Below, piece by piece: positions 31,210 to 42,402 of a stretch of DNA of 64,000 bases; within the stretch, counting starts at the first letter, position 1, and each line of letters starts with the position of its first letter. A model generated the notes under the pieces. It saw only the letters and a list, made by a program, of their open reading frames with translations. It was not told where the DNA came from and searched no databases. The position numbers and the translations under genes are program-made. This DNA comes from an uncultured delta proteobacterium. GTDB taxonomy: Bacteria > Desulfobacterota > Binatia > UBA9968. Location: positions 960,001 through 1,024,000 of the forward strand of contig CAVYTU010000014.1 in the NCBI GenBank assembly GCA_963771465.1, given 5' to 3'.

Positions 31210-31968
31210 ATGAAGTTCTGGGCGCGAACCATTACAGTCATGATCGCCAGCATAGCGGGGGGTGCCATGTCGCACGCGGCTGATCTCATTGTCTTGGCCA
31301 GCCAGGGCAATCTGCCCGGAGTGAACGAGCTCGCCGCCGCCTTCGCGCGCGCGAGCGGGCACAAGGTGACGGTCCTTCAGGATGAGGGCAAGGCGCTGGA
31401 GCAGAGACTTAGCAACGGTGCTGCGGATTTGATCACGGGCAACCCGCCGATGATGGAGGAGTTGCTCAAGAAAGGTCAACTCGTGGCGGGCACCGCTACG
31501 CCCTTCATGCTCGCCGATCTCGGCGTCTCGGTGCGCGCCGGCGCGCCCAAGCCCGACATCAGCACGGTCGAGGCATACACGAAGACATTGTTAGCGGCGA
31601 AGTCGATCGGCTATTCGCGCGGCTGCAGCGGCCGCCATGTCGCGCAGGGAATCGCGCAGCTCGGCCTGACCGAGCAGCTGAAGCCAAAGATCGTTCTCAC
31701 CGGCGGCGGCACCGGCCCGGTCACTTTCTTCCTGGCGCGCGGCGATTTCGAGCTCGGCATTCAGCAGAGCAACATCATGGTGGGTGCGCCGGGGACCGAT
31801 TTTGTCGGGCCCGTGCCCGGATCCGTGAACATACCTTGTCCAGGCAGCGTCGGTGTGCTGACTGTTTCTAAGGAGCGGGAAGCTGCACAGGCGCTGATCA
31901 AGTTCATGATTTCGCCGGCGGCCGCGCCGCTCCTGCGCAGGGTGCATGAGGCGCCGGCCAAAGGCTAA
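31210..31968 (+). CDS. Molybdate-binding (ModA-like, SBP_bac_11) substrate-binding protein
   Basis: GVSVRAGAPKPDIST, LLAAKSIGYS and SGRHV motifs; RBS GGAGG. Confidence 0.82.
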   Translation: MKFWARTITVMIASIAGGAMSHAADLIVLASQGNLPGVNELAAAFARASGHKVTVLQDEGKALEQRLSNGAADLITGNPPMMEELLKKGQLVAGTATPFMLADLGVSVRAGAPKPDISTVEAYTKTLLAAKSIGYSRGCSGRHVAQGIAQLGLTEQLKPKIVLTGGGTGPVTFFLARGDFELGIQQSNIMVGAPGTDFVGPVPGSVNIPCPGSVGVLTVSKEREAAQALIKFMISPAAAPLLRRVHEAPAKG

Positions 31969-32010
31969 AACACGGAGATGGCGCGGGTATGCCGTTCATC
32001 TCCCGGAGAA

Positions 32011-33090
32011 TTATTTCCGTCTGATAAACAGCTGCTGCATCAGCTTGTCCCACTCGGCGTATTTTTTCTCGGCTTCTTCGACGCCGTATTTTTCGTCGAT
32101 GTAGGATTTCTTAAATTTCTGCGACACCGAGCCGACGTCTTCGCGCGGCGACCATAGGCCGCCCTTCATGATCATCTGCTGGCCTTCTTTGGAATGGAGC
32201 CAGTCGAGGTACAACAGAGCGGCGTGGGGATGGGGCGCTTTGAGTGTTAGCGCGGAATAAGCGACCGTGGTTACGACAGGCTCCAGAGGACGCCAATCCA
32301 CCGGCGCGCCTTTTTGTTTGGCTTGGGTGATGTTGGCATCGAAGATCGTCGGCGAGAGCGGCACTTCGCCGGAAACTACCAAACCGGCCAAGGCGGCGCC
32401 GGCCATATTTTGCACCTTCACATCTTGCTCGGCAATTTTTTCAAGATATTCCCGGCCAAAATTATCCAGCGTGCTGCCGATCCAACGGGTTCCCGTGGTC
32501 GTGTTGACGATGGACATCTTGCCTTTCCACTTTGGATTCAACAGATCGAGCATGGTCTTGGGCGCTTCCGCCGGTGGAATTAGCGTCGTGTTGAATCCCA
32601 GACTCGCATAAGTCTCGTAGTGGCCGATGAAGAAAAAACCATTCTTGCCTTTGTTCTTGACCTCTTCCGGAAAGTTGCGGGCTTCGGGAACGTGATGCTC
32701 CAGAAATACCCCCTCGCGTTTCATCAGGTCCATCTGCTCGCCGGTGGTGGCAATTATGTCGGCGATATACTGGCCGGCGCGAATTTCTTCCAGCGCCCGT
32801 TTAATCAAAGTTCGCCCGTCCGTTCGATATTCGGTCACTTTGACGAACGGATATTTGCCTTCGAACGCCTTGGCCATGGTGCGATACCAAGTATGCGAGC
32901 CGTAGTGCGTGAAGGCGCCTTCTTTCTTGGCGCCTTCGATAAGAATTTTTTCCCGATCGGCGCCCTGATAGAGCGCGAGTTGTGAAATCGACATGGGCGC
33001 GCTGGCGGCCAACACGCTTACGCTTCTCGCTATACATAGGATCAAAGCCGCGAGAGCTGTGATTACCCATTGGCTGGGGATAAACGACAT
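32011..33090 (-). CDS. Extracellular solute-binding protein (Fe3+/thiamine-like)
   Basis: LIEGAKKEG, DLLNPKWKGKM and APHPHAALLYLDWLHSKEGQ motifs. Confidence 0.9.
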   Translation of the reverse strand: MSFIPSQWVITALAALILCIARSVSVLAASAPMSISQLALYQGADREKILIEGAKKEGAFTHYGSHTWYRTMAKAFEGKYPFVKVTEYRTDGRTLIKRALEEIRAGQYIADIIATTGEQMDLMKREGVFLEHHVPEARNFPEEVKNKGKNGFFFIGHYETYASLGFNTTLIPPAEAPKTMLDLLNPKWKGKMSIVNTTTGTRWIGSTLDNFGREYLEKIAEQDVKVQNMAGAALAGLVVSGEVPLSPTIFDANITQAKQKGAPVDWRPLEPVVTTVAYSALTLKAPHPHAALLYLDWLHSKEGQQMIMKGGLWSPREDVGSVSQKFKKSYIDEKYGVEEAEKKYAEWDKLMQQLFIRRK

Positions 33091-33154
33091 GGTTTTTCTC
33101 CTTTGAAAACTCCTTGGCGGGCCAAACTGAGCAGTTGATTGGTCTCGATTTGCC

Positions 33155-34233
33155 TTAACGCTTGCGGATAAACAGCTGGCGCAGTAGCGTTTCCCACTGG
33201 CCGAGTTTCACTTCCATCTCCTCGGACGAATACTTTTCATCGAGATAGTTTTTCTTAAACTTTTGATCCAAAGAGCCAATGTCTTCGCGTGGCGACCACA
33301 GGCCGCCTTTCATGATCAGTTGCTGACCTTCCTTGGACAAGAGAAAATCGATGAACAGAAGCGCGCTGTGCGGGTTTGAAGACTTGTTTAGCAGCGCCGC
33401 GGAGCCGACCGTGGTGACCACCGGCTCCAAGGGCCGCCATTCCACCGGCGCGCCTTTCTGCTTGGCGAGGGTAACGTTGGCGTCGAAGATCGTCGGCGAT
33501 AGCGGAACCTCGCCGGACACGACCAGATTGATCAAAGCCGCGGGCGCCATGTCTTGCACGCTCACATCCTGATCGGCAAGCTTGTCTAGAAATTCGCGTC
33601 CGAGCGACTCGAGGGCGTTGCCGAGCCAACGCGCGCCGGTCGTCGTGTTGGTGATCGCCATCTTGCCTTTCCATTTGGGATCGAGCAAATCCTTGAGGCC
33701 GCGCGGCGCGCTCGCCGACGGGATCAACTGGTTGTTGAAGCCCAAGCTGTTGTAGGTTTCCCGGTTCGGCAGGTAAAAAAACCGTTCTTGCCTCTAGGTT
33801 TGAGATCGTTTGGATAGTGGCGCGCTTCGGGCGAGAAATACTCCTGGAACAATCCTTCCCGCTTCAATACGCCCAAGCCATCAGCCGTCGTTTCCACCAC
33901 GTCGGCGAGAACCCGCCCGGCTTTTACTTCCTCGATGACCTTGCGAATGACGTTTTTGGAATCGTTGCGCCACTCGGAGGCTCTGATAAACGGATATTTC
34001 TTTTCAAACTCCTTGACGAAAGTCTTGAACCAGGTGTGCGAGGTGTAAAGCGTGAATTGACCTTCGCGCTTGGCGCCTTCGATAAGAATTTTCTCCCGGT
34101 CGGCGTTTTGATAGAGCGCTACCTGGGCCGAAGTCATCGGCGCGTTGGCGGCGCGCGCGTTGTTTGCGACGAAGAGCGAAAGGAAGAAGCCGAGCGATAC
34201 GCTGACGCGCCGAAGGAATCGCAACCAAGACAT
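33155..34233 (-). CDS. Extracellular solute-binding protein, paralogue of 32011-33090 (frameshift at homopolymer about 33775-33781)
   Basis: ORFs 33724-34251 and 33155-33745 join if one base is added to the A/T run (GFFYLPNRETYNSLGF). Confidence 0.85.
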
Positions 34234-34365
34234 AGTCACCTCCGCAGACAACTTTCCCGATAGCCGGGAATCTATGGATTGCGGTTCTAACTGTCAATCA
34301 GAAACTGAACGACACGTTTGAGATACCAAAGAGCAAGATGTTGCGGGCTTTAACGCTGCGCGCGT

Positions 34366-34395
34366 TGACATAGCGTGCGTTTGTCTAATAGTCTA
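34366..34395 (+). promoter_or_regulatory. Sigma70-type promoter
   Basis: TTGACA-N18-TAGTCT upstream of the FmdB-like gene. Confidence 0.45.
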
Positions 34396-34441
34396 ACCAC
34401 AGCTAATTTTGTCGCTAATGGCGGGATCGCCTAACTCAATC

Positions 34442-34780
34442 ATGCCTTTATACGAATTTCGCTGTAAAAAGTGTGGATCAATAACCGAGGCGCTGATTCG
34501 GCACATCGATTCCAGTGATGAGACTGTAAATTGCGCGCATTGCGGCAGCGCGGCGATGAGCAAGGTAATTTCGCTGGTGCGCTTCAAGGTTGCGCGGCGG
34601 GCCAAGTATAGCGACGAATTTCTCGACAAGGCAACGCCCTTCCTTAAGACCCAAAGAGAAACCGCTAAGTATTTCGCCGAAGGAAAAGGCTCGGAGGATG
34701 CCAAGACGTTCAAGCTCGCGGAACAGATCGGCGAACGGATCGATCGGACGCTCGCGAGTGTGCCGGCGCGCAAAGATTAA
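34442..34780 (+). CDS. FmdB-family zinc-ribbon protein
   Basis: MPLYEFRCKKCG...CAHCGS. Confidence 0.85.
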   Translation: MPLYEFRCKKCGSITEALIRHIDSSDETVNCAHCGSAAMSKVISLVRFKVARRAKYSDEFLDKATPFLKTQRETAKYFAEGKGSEDAKTFKLAEQIGERIDRTLASVPARKD

Positions 34781-34846
34781 GCGCGCTGTAAACTAAATTC
34801 GGCTGCGGCCGTTAAACCCATACCGAAAGATTTTCAGGAGGTAAGC

Positions 34847-35983
34847 ATGTGGAACGGATTTAAAGTTATCGACTCGGACGCGCATCACCACGAGCCCAAG
34901 GACATGTGGGATCGCTATTTAGAGCCGGCGTACAAGGACCGGGTACCCAAAGTTATCGGCATGCAGCGCAATTTTTTCGTCTATGCTCCCGACGGCAAGA
35001 TATTCCCTGCACTCGATTCGGGAGGAAATATTCCCGCCCATCACGATCAATGGATGGCCGAAAAGTACGGCACCGCCTACGATCAATGGTGGTCGCCGGA
35101 GATTCGTCTGAAAGACATGGATCATTACGGCTGGGACATTCAAGTCATCCTGTCTACTAACGGCAACCGCGTCATGGAAGCCGCGCTCAAAGATGCCGAA
35201 GTGGGTGCGGCAATGGCGCGCGCATATCACAACTGGTGCCGTGACTATGCCAGCACTAACCCCGCGCGCATCAAGTTTACCGCCACGCTGCCGGCCGGCG
35301 ATACCAATGCGATGGTTGCCGAAGCGCGCCGCGCGGTGGAGAAACTCGGCGCGGTCTCGACGCGCAATCCGCTGTTGCCCAAAGGTAAGTGGCTGCACGA
35401 ACCGGAATACGATGCTTTGTGGCAGTTGGCCAGCGATCTAGATTTTCCAATTTCGGTCCACGGCGAATCGCGTCATTTGCGCGCGGCGCCGTTCCGCGAG
35501 CTGCGCGCCGGCGGGACGTTCAGCGCGCTCGACCATATTATTGGTTTTCCGATGGATAACATGGTGACCCTGGCGCACTTCATATTCGGCGGCGTGTTGG
35601 AACGCTTCCCGAAACTTCGCCTTGGCATTTTAGAGTCAAACGCGGGCTGGGTGAATTTCTGGCTGCCGCGCATGGACGATCACTCCCATGGCCGCCGGCT
35701 CATTCTCGGGGCGGGTTTGCCGATGAAACCGAGCGAGTACGTGAAGCGCCAATGTGTAATTTCCGCGGATCCCGACGAGCCAGGTCTAGATGACATCGTC
35801 AAATTCATGGGCGACGACAATCTGGTGTGGAACACCGATTACCCGCATCCCGACGCGCCCGATCCGGATAAGGTGCTGCCCTGGTTCGGCGCGCAGCCGA
35901 TTTCGGACGATAGCAAACGCAAAATTCTCTGGGACAACGCGGTGCGGCTCTACGGGCCGCGGTTGTTGGAAAGAACCGCGTAG
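34847..35983 (+). CDS. Amidohydrolase family protein (Amidohydro_2)
   Basis: IDSDAH, SVHG, FPKLRLGILE and NTDYPHPD motifs. Confidence 0.9.
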   Translation: MWNGFKVIDSDAHHHEPKDMWDRYLEPAYKDRVPKVIGMQRNFFVYAPDGKIFPALDSGGNIPAHHDQWMAEKYGTAYDQWWSPEIRLKDMDHYGWDIQVILSTNGNRVMEAALKDAEVGAAMARAYHNWCRDYASTNPARIKFTATLPAGDTNAMVAEARRAVEKLGAVSTRNPLLPKGKWLHEPEYDALWQLASDLDFPISVHGESRHLRAAPFRELRAGGTFSALDHIIGFPMDNMVTLAHFIFGGVLERFPKLRLGILESNAGWVNFWLPRMDDHSHGRRLILGAGLPMKPSEYVKRQCVISADPDEPGLDDIVKFMGDDNLVWNTDYPHPDAPDPDKVLPWFGAQPISDDSKRKILWDNAVRLYGPRLLERTA

Positions 35984-36001
35984 CAGTAAGAAGTCTCACC
36001 T

Positions 36002-36943
36002 TCATAAGCGCAGGCTCGCTCGGTGGTTTTGCAGCCACTGAGCGAGCCGCGCGATGCCTTCTTCCAGATAAATCTTCGGTGTCCAGCCGAGCTCTTTTTT
36101 CGCCAGCGAAATATCCAGCGGGCTACGTAATCGGTGCGGCGCGACTTCGGCGGCGTTGGGATGCTCGCCGATTGCGAAATTTAAATCAGGCAAAGCTTTC
36201 TGGATCGCACGCTGCAAATCTTCGCTAACGTACGCTTTGTCTAAACCGATGTTGTAAGCGCGGCTGAGCGGCTTTTCCGTAAACAGCGCGCGGCTGACGG
36301 CGTCGGCGACATCGTCGATGTAAATCAAATCGTCCAGCGGGCGCGTGAGAAACGGCCGGCAAGGCTGTCCGAGGATGCCTTTCTTCAGCTCCAGCGGAAT
36401 GCTGCGATATAGTCCCGGCCCGTACACCGATGAATAGCGCAAGGCGACGAAATCGACGCCGTGTTTTTCCTTGTAGAAATTGCCCATCCATTCGGAAACT
36501 GTTTTTGCGGCGCGGTAGAAATAAGTTGGATAGATCGTCACCGCGTCGTCTTCCTTGACGAGGCTACCGTCCGGCTTGCTCAACTGGCCGTAAATGGACG
36601 CCGAGCTGGAGTAGACGACGCGCTGGATTTTTAAATCCTTGGCTGCTTCCAGAATATTTGTCATGGCGTGGTAACAGTAATTGAGCACTGTTGGCGTCTC
36701 GTCACGCGGCGGATGGGCGGCGTGAAAAATATGGGTCGGTCGTTCCTTTTCACAGAGCGCGCGAAACGCATTGGCGTCGGTGACGTTCATGATGTGGCTG
36801 GTCGATCTTATTCCTAGCAGCGAGAGGTCTGGCGAGCGCGGCACAACGTCGATGGGCACAATCTGGTGGCCAAGCGACTCCATATGTTTGCTCACATGCG
36901 AGCCGATAAAACCATTGGCGCCGGTGATGAGTATTTTGGCCAT
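36002..36943 (-). CDS. NAD-dependent epimerase/dehydratase (extended SDR)
   Basis: ITGANGFIG, YSSSASIYG, YRAAK (YxxxK) and LRYSSVYGPG. Confidence 0.9.
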   Translation of the reverse strand: MAKILITGANGFIGSHVSKHMESLGHQIVPIDVVPRSPDLSLLGIRSTSHIMNVTDANAFRALCEKERPTHIFHAAHPPRDETPTVLNYCYHAMTNILEAAKDLKIQRVVYSSSASIYGQLSKPDGSLVKEDDAVTIYPTYFYRAAKTVSEWMGNFYKEKHGVDFVALRYSSVYGPGLYRSIPLELKKGILGQPCRPFLTRPLDDLIYIDDVADAVSRALFTEKPLSRAYNIGLDKAYVSEDLQRAIQKALPDLNFAIGEHPNAAEVAPHRLRSPLDISLAKKELGWTPKIYLEEGIARLAQWLQNHRASLRL

Positions 36944-36974
36944 TGCTTTAAGCCTCCGATCGGAGGAGTTGATA

Positions 36975-38294
36975 TCAAGCCTGCATCGCGTTAACGCAGT
37001 CGCGGATTTCCGCCTCGCTGAGAGCTCTGCGTTTGTGCTCTAACTCTTTTTGAATACGCCGCCAAAGTTGCGGCAGCCTTTCTTCCGAAACCTCGAGACC
37101 GATTTCCTTAAGACGCATTCGGAGCGTGTTGACGCCAGATTTTAAGTCGAGATGGCTCCGCCTTTGGTTGCCGACTGATTGAGGTGTGACCGGCGCGAAC
37201 AATAACGGATCGGCTTGCATGAGAAAACTGTGGGTGTCGCTGGCATCGGTGAAAGCGTAATCGCCGACCAGCGCTTTGTCCTTGGGTGTCGGCCAGCTGG
37301 ATAACTCTTCGAATAGTTTCGATAGGCCGGTCAGTTTGCTCAGGTCGATGCCCGTGGCGACGCCATAAAGCGACTCCAGTGCGACCACCACTTCCGCCAT
37401 CGTCGCGTTGCCGGCTCTCGCGCCAACTCCGTTGATCGTCACATCGACTTGCGCGGCGCCGGCCTCGACGCCGGCCAGAGCGTTGGCCGTCGCCAGGCCC
37501 AAGTCGTTGTGCGTGTGCATACCGAGGGTCAAACCGGGAGCCGCTTTTTTTGCTTCGCCGATGACGTAGCGGCAAGCGGCCGGCCCCATGCTGCCCGCGG
37601 CATCGACGAAGTTGAGCGCATAGACGCCGATTCGTTCGCAAGTGCGGGCGAGGTTGCGGAGAAAGTCGATGGACGCCAGGGAGAAGAAATTGGCGATGGG
37701 GCGCGCCTTCATGCCGCGTTTTTTGATCGCCGCCGCGGTCGCTTCGACGTAATCCATCAGCTTGGCTTCGCTGTCTGGAGCAGCTGATGATGCCGCCGCA
37801 TTGCTCATGTCAGCGCCCTTCCTCGACGCCGCGTAGATCGGTTGCCATTCCGGCAAAGGAAAAATCGTGTAGGAGATAATTTCGACGCCATGATCTCGCG
37901 CCAAATCCATCTGCGATGGTGAGCTGACGCCGTAGAGTTGTAGCTTCGCTCTGAGTTTCAGCTTATTCAGCTGGCTCAAAACTTTTATCGCCTGGCCACT
38001 TTCCTCGGTGCTCTTCGGTGCGAGAAACTGGATCACCGTGACGCCCGCTTCATCCAACGCGCGCGCTAGGGCGAGGTATTCGCGTTCGCCAAAGTAGGCC
38101 TGCGAAGCCTCGCGCAGCGTGACATCGCAAATCTCAACCCGGGCGGGTAGGTTCATCGCGCCACGCACGTCGGGCGCAAAGTTTAGCGGGCCGACGAACC
38201 ATTTGCCGGCTTGATACGCGGGCGCGACTCGAATCTTGTCCAAGGCGGCGTGCAGCGCTGCCAATTGGCCACCGGGGATCATGGATTTCGCCAT
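36975..38294 (-). CDS. DRE-TIM metallolyase (LeuA/homocitrate synthase/HMGL-like)
   Basis: CDVTLREASQ, HTHNDLGLATAN and GVGARAGNA; start MAKSMIPGG after RBS. Confidence 0.82.
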   Translation of the reverse strand: MAKSMIPGGQLAALHAALDKIRVAPAYQAGKWFVGPLNFAPDVRGAMNLPARVEICDVTLREASQAYFGEREYLALARALDEAGVTVIQFLAPKSTEESGQAIKVLSQLNKLKLRAKLQLYGVSSPSQMDLARDHGVEIISYTIFPLPEWQPIYAASRKGADMSNAAASSAAPDSEAKLMDYVEATAAAIKKRGMKARPIANFFSLASIDFLRNLARTCERIGVYALNFVDAAGSMGPAACRYVIGEAKKAAPGLTLGMHTHNDLGLATANALAGVEAGAAQVDVTINGVGARAGNATMAEVVVALESLYGVATGIDLSKLTGLSKLFEELSSWPTPKDKALVGDYAFTDASDTHSFLMQADPLLFAPVTPQSVGNQRRSHLDLKSGVNTLRMRLKEIGLEVSEERLPQLWRRIQKELEHKRRALSEAEIRDCVNAMQA

Positions 38295-38313
38295 AACAAC
38301 CCCTTTCCTTCGG

Positions 38314-39841
38314 TTACTTTTCCGCCAGGTCGGCGTCGGCGACGTTGATGTAATCCTTCGGCGAAGGTTTCCAGATAAGGCGCCGCTTGGCTCCGTAAAT
38401 GTCGATGGGGTTATACAGCGGCACGATCGGTGCGTCATCGAGTAGAATTTTCATCGCCGCTTGGAGAACCTGCTGGCGTTTCTCGACATCGAAGATCTGG
38501 CGTTGTTGCTGCAGCAGGCGGTCGAAATTCGGATTTGAGTAGGAAAGTCGTTTGGAAACTCCGGACTCGAAATACTCGTTGAAGAAATCATCGGGATCGA
38601 CCACGGTTCCTCGGCCTCTAAAACAGATCGGACACTTGCCGGCTCGATGCAGATCGTTGAACACGCCCCATTCGGGAGTGTGCAGACGCGCTTTGATGCC
38701 GACCTTGGCCAACTGGCCGGCGATCGCTTGAGCGACTTCGCGATCCTTGGTGTAACGACCGGTGGAGGTGAGAAAGTCAATTTCAAATCCGCCGGCAAAA
38801 CCGGCTGCGGTCAGCAACTCCCGCGCCTTTTGCGGATTGTAAGAGAAAGGCTTGAACGTTAGAGTCTTCACCGAAACCATGCGGACCCAAGATACCGTCG
38901 AGACGATAGGCTTTACCGTCCAGGACGTATTTAATGATGGCATCCTTATCGAGGGCGTAGTGGATCGCTTGGCGCACCAGTTTGTTGTCGAGGGGTTTAT
39001 GCGCCGGATCGAGCAACAAGAATATAATCCGCGCGCTTCTTGCTTCTTCGCTGCGCAGCGCCGGCTGGTTTTTGAAGCGATGGGTTTCGTGCGGCGGCAC
39101 GTTGGCGATCAAATCCGCTTGACCCGATTCCAAAAGAGCCAACCGCGCCGCATCTTCGGCAACCGGTTTCCAAATGATGCGGTCGAGCTTAGGCGCGCCG
39201 CGCCAGTATTGCGGGTTTTTCTCGGCGACGACTCGGTCGCCGCGCACCCATTCGACGAACTTAAACGGCCCGGTGCCGATCGGCTTTCTACCCAAAGTTG
39301 CTTCATCGCCGGATTCTTTGGCCGCCGCTTCGCTCAAGATGTAAGCGTTGTCGAGATAGTCGAGGAACGAGACCACGGGTTTCGCCGTGGTCACGACCAC
39401 CGTGTAAGGGTCAGGCGCCTGCATGGATTGGATCGCTCTAGCGAGCGTGAGCTGGCGGCTGAACTTGGGATCCATGGATCTCTTGAGGCTGTAAATCACA
39501 TCGGCTGCGGTCATCTCGGCGCCGTTGTGAAACTTTACGTTTTTTTGCAGCTTGAACGTCCAACCTTTTTCGTTGCCGGTCCATGATTCCGCCAACACTC
39601 CCACATATTTCTTTTGGGCGAAATCATATTCGGCCAGAGGCTCGAGGAAGTGACGCCAGACGGCGTAATTTGCCGTGGTATTGTGCCAGTAGGGATTGAT
39701 CGATTCGAGATCGACGCCGTGGGCGATAAAGACTGTTTTGCCCTTGCTCTGTGCCAACACTTTGAATGCTGGGATCAAAGCGAGGCAAACAACAAAGGCG
39801 GCGAGGAGTTTAGACCAACGGATTTTTGCCAAGACCGTCAT
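38314..39841 (-). CDS. ABC transporter peptide/nickel-binding protein (SBP family 5), frameshift near 38850
   Basis: VKFHNG.EMTA.DV.YS, PIGTGPFK and YNPQKARELL motifs split over ORFs 38783-39841 and 38314-38943. Confidence 0.85.
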
Positions 39842-39895
39842 CGTTAATTCTCCTTTCCGTTCGCGACCGCAGCTTCGGAGCTGACGCGATGGTTT

Positions 39896-41224
39896 CTACT
39901 TAGAGCGTGGCTGCAACGCTTCAGTAAGAGAACGCACCGAGGAAAGCTTCTCCAACTGAGCTACCATATCGACGATTGCCGAGCGCTGAGTTTTTGTTAA
40001 TTGCTCGCCGGTGCACTGATCGAACTTCGTGACGACTTGATCCCAACCGTGAAGATCAATCACCGGCAAAATCGGTTCGGAAATTTTTTCGCCGTTGCTT
40101 AATGTGACCGTCAATGATTTTGCGTCATCATGGTGGCGAACTTTGGCGATGAGGTCGACGATTCTTTCGTCGCCGGCTGGCGCTGGAGAAAAATCGTCTG
40201 GCGTGAGGCGGCCGCAAGCCACGGCAACGGCGAGACAGTAAGCCATGCTGAATCGGCCCTCGTCGCCGCTTCGAGGTGATAGTCGGAGAAGCGGGTAGGG
40301 CTTAAGGTGACATTCGATCGCCGCGATGTCTTTGGCAACGAGTGGTCGCTTGGAGAGCAAGCGTAGCATCGCCTCGACGGGAGCGTGCGTCGCAGCGGCT
40401 GCCGGATATCTTTTGACTTTGACGTCTTTACTTTCCCAGTCAAATTCTCGACCTAGTGTCTGCCCCAAATTTCCCAGCATACTTTCATCGAGCGGGCCGA
40501 GAGCGGAAAAGAGACCGTGCGCGCCTTCTAATGCTTCGGTGTCACCGGTGCAGCCATCGTGAGCGAGGAGGGCAGCGGTTACGCCCGATGCGGCGGCTTG
40601 CCCGGCTCTCAAAGGCTTCGCCATGGTGCCGCCATCGCGGCCGAGGGCGCCGCAGGACCCGGCGGCGATGCCGATAGCGTTGAGGGTCTGCCTCAAGTCC
40701 GATTTCACAAGCTTGCTGGCGGCGCAGGCGGCGGCCACGGGACCGAGAATTCCATTGGCGTGCCAGCCCCGCGCGCCCGGTCCGCTGCCTTCGAAGCGGT
40801 TCGAGAAAAGCGCGTCCATGGACATGCGCACCTCACGGCCGGCGATGAACGCTGTGAGAAGTTCCGCCCCCGAGGCGCGTTCACGTTCGGCCATCGCGGT
40901 GGCCGCGGCTAGAATAAACGTCGTGACATGACCGCCATCGTCGTAATCGAGAGCATGCGCCAGCGTTGCGTTGGCAAAGGCGGCATCGCGCGCGCTGGCT
41001 GAAATGTGCGATCCCCATACCTGACACGGGCCGCGCCACGAGTCTTGTTCGGCCAGGCGAAACAGTTTTTTTGCCAGTTCATACCGTGTCGCAAGCACCG
41101 ACACGCCCAGACAGTCGAGAATTGCCAGTTTGGCATTGGCAACGACGCGGGCTGGAATCTGATCCAGCGCCATTCCGACTGAGAACTCGGCGAGTCTTTT
41201 TGAGAATCCGTTTGTGCTAGCCAT
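39896..41224 (-). CDS. MmgE/PrpD family protein
   Basis: AKLAILDCLGV, HALDYDD, GTMAKPL and KRYP motifs. Confidence 0.9.
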   Translation of the reverse strand: MASTNGFSKRLAEFSVGMALDQIPARVVANAKLAILDCLGVSVLATRYELAKKLFRLAEQDSWRGPCQVWGSHISASARDAAFANATLAHALDYDDGGHVTTFILAAATAMAERERASGAELLTAFIAGREVRMSMDALFSNRFEGSGPGARGWHANGILGPVAAACAASKLVKSDLRQTLNAIGIAAGSCGALGRDGGTMAKPLRAGQAAASGVTAALLAHDGCTGDTEALEGAHGLFSALGPLDESMLGNLGQTLGREFDWESKDVKVKRYPAAAATHAPVEAMLRLLSKRPLVAKDIAAIECHLKPYPLLRLSPRSGDEGRFSMAYCLAVAVACGRLTPDDFSPAPAGDERIVDLIAKVRHHDDAKSLTVTLSNGEKISEPILPVIDLHGWDQVVTKFDQCTGEQLTKTQRSAIVDMVAQLEKLSSVRSLTEALQPRSK

Positions 41225-41297
41225 GCGAATGTTGATCCGGCGGCAGCGCAATTTGCCGCAAAATATTTTGATTCTATTCAGACTTCCGAAATAATCG

Positions 41298-42362
41298 CTA
41301 AGACCAGCCAAAAAGTGTTTTCGCGTTTTCCGCTAAGATTTTGTTCTTGGCTTGCTCGGAAATATCTTTGCGTCGCCGCAAATTCGCCACCGCGCCGGGC
41401 AACGGGCTGTCGGTTTCGGGATAGGCCGAGCCAAAGAAGATCTGATTCTCGCCGATGGTTTCTAAAACGTAAGCGAGCGACTGCTCGTCGTAGGTGCTGG
41501 CGAAGTACCAATTGCCGCCGCAAAGATGTCGACTCGGCGGCTTTTGCAGGAACGGTGCTTCTTCGTCGTGTTTCCCTTCGAAGTCTTTATCCATGCGCTC
41601 CATGAGAAAAGGCACCCAACCGACGCCGGCGCCAAAAACAGCGATGCGCAGCTTGGGAAATTTCTCGGGAATCCCGCCATACATCAACGCGGCGCAGGTA
41701 TGAAAAGTTTCCATTGAACCGCCCACCGTATCTTGAAAAAGGAAAGTATCGGCGCGCAGATCTTGTCCCGGACCTTGGTAGGAAAGATTGTGCACCAAAA
41801 GGGGCACGTTGAGCCGTTCCATTTCTTGATAGATCGGCCAGTAAGTCGGCGCGCCGACATGCTCGGCAAGTCCTAAGGACGAAAGCGCTATGCCGACCAA
41901 GCCAAGCTCGGTTACCGCACGCTTTGTCTCAGCGACCGCAGCCTCAACGTTTTGAAACGGAACCACAGCGGCAGCTCTAAGACGAGAATTGTCTTTGCAG
42001 AGATTTGCGGCGTAATCGTTGTAGCCGCGACAATATGCGGTCACAAGGTTTTCATCGCGGGCGCGCGCCGAATAACCCGTGGGCGAACCATGCCGTGGCA
42101 CTTGGCTCAGTAACAATGCGCGCGTTGGGAACAGGACCGAAAGGTCGACACCTTCTTGATCCATGGCCCGATGATAGCGATCGATCGTCCAATCGTCCGG
42201 CTTGATCCGGCCATATTCGCTGGGGTCCCAACCGGTGGTCGGTAGCAGCGAACCGGATTGATCGCTGTAAGGGACGCCCATGAACGGGCGCACGTCGGAG
42301 TCGTCGGTTTTTTGAATTAAATGCACATCCGCGTCGATCACTGAAAAATTCGCCATGTTCAA
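41298..42362 (-). CDS. Amidohydrolase family protein, divergent (catalytic residues altered)
   Basis: IDADVH, PLLVH and FPKLRIA; FGSAYPE in place of TDYPH. Confidence 0.85.
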   Translation of the reverse strand: MNMANFSVIDADVHLIQKTDDSDVRPFMGVPYSDQSGSLLPTTGWDPSEYGRIKPDDWTIDRYHRAMDQEGVDLSVLFPTRALLLSQVPRHGSPTGYSARARDENLVTAYCRGYNDYAANLCKDNSRLRAAAVVPFQNVEAAVAETKRAVTELGLVGIALSSLGLAEHVGAPTYWPIYQEMERLNVPLLVHNLSYQGPGQDLRADTFLFQDTVGGSMETFHTCAALMYGGIPEKFPKLRIAVFGAGVGWVPFLMERMDKDFEGKHDEEAPFLQKPPSRHLCGGNWYFASTYDEQSLAYVLETIGENQIFFGSAYPETDSPLPGAVANLRRRKDISEQAKNKILAENAKTLFGWS

Positions 42363-42402
42363 TCTCCGTAAAGCTCGCTCGCTTTTTTACTGCGCCGTTC
42401 TG

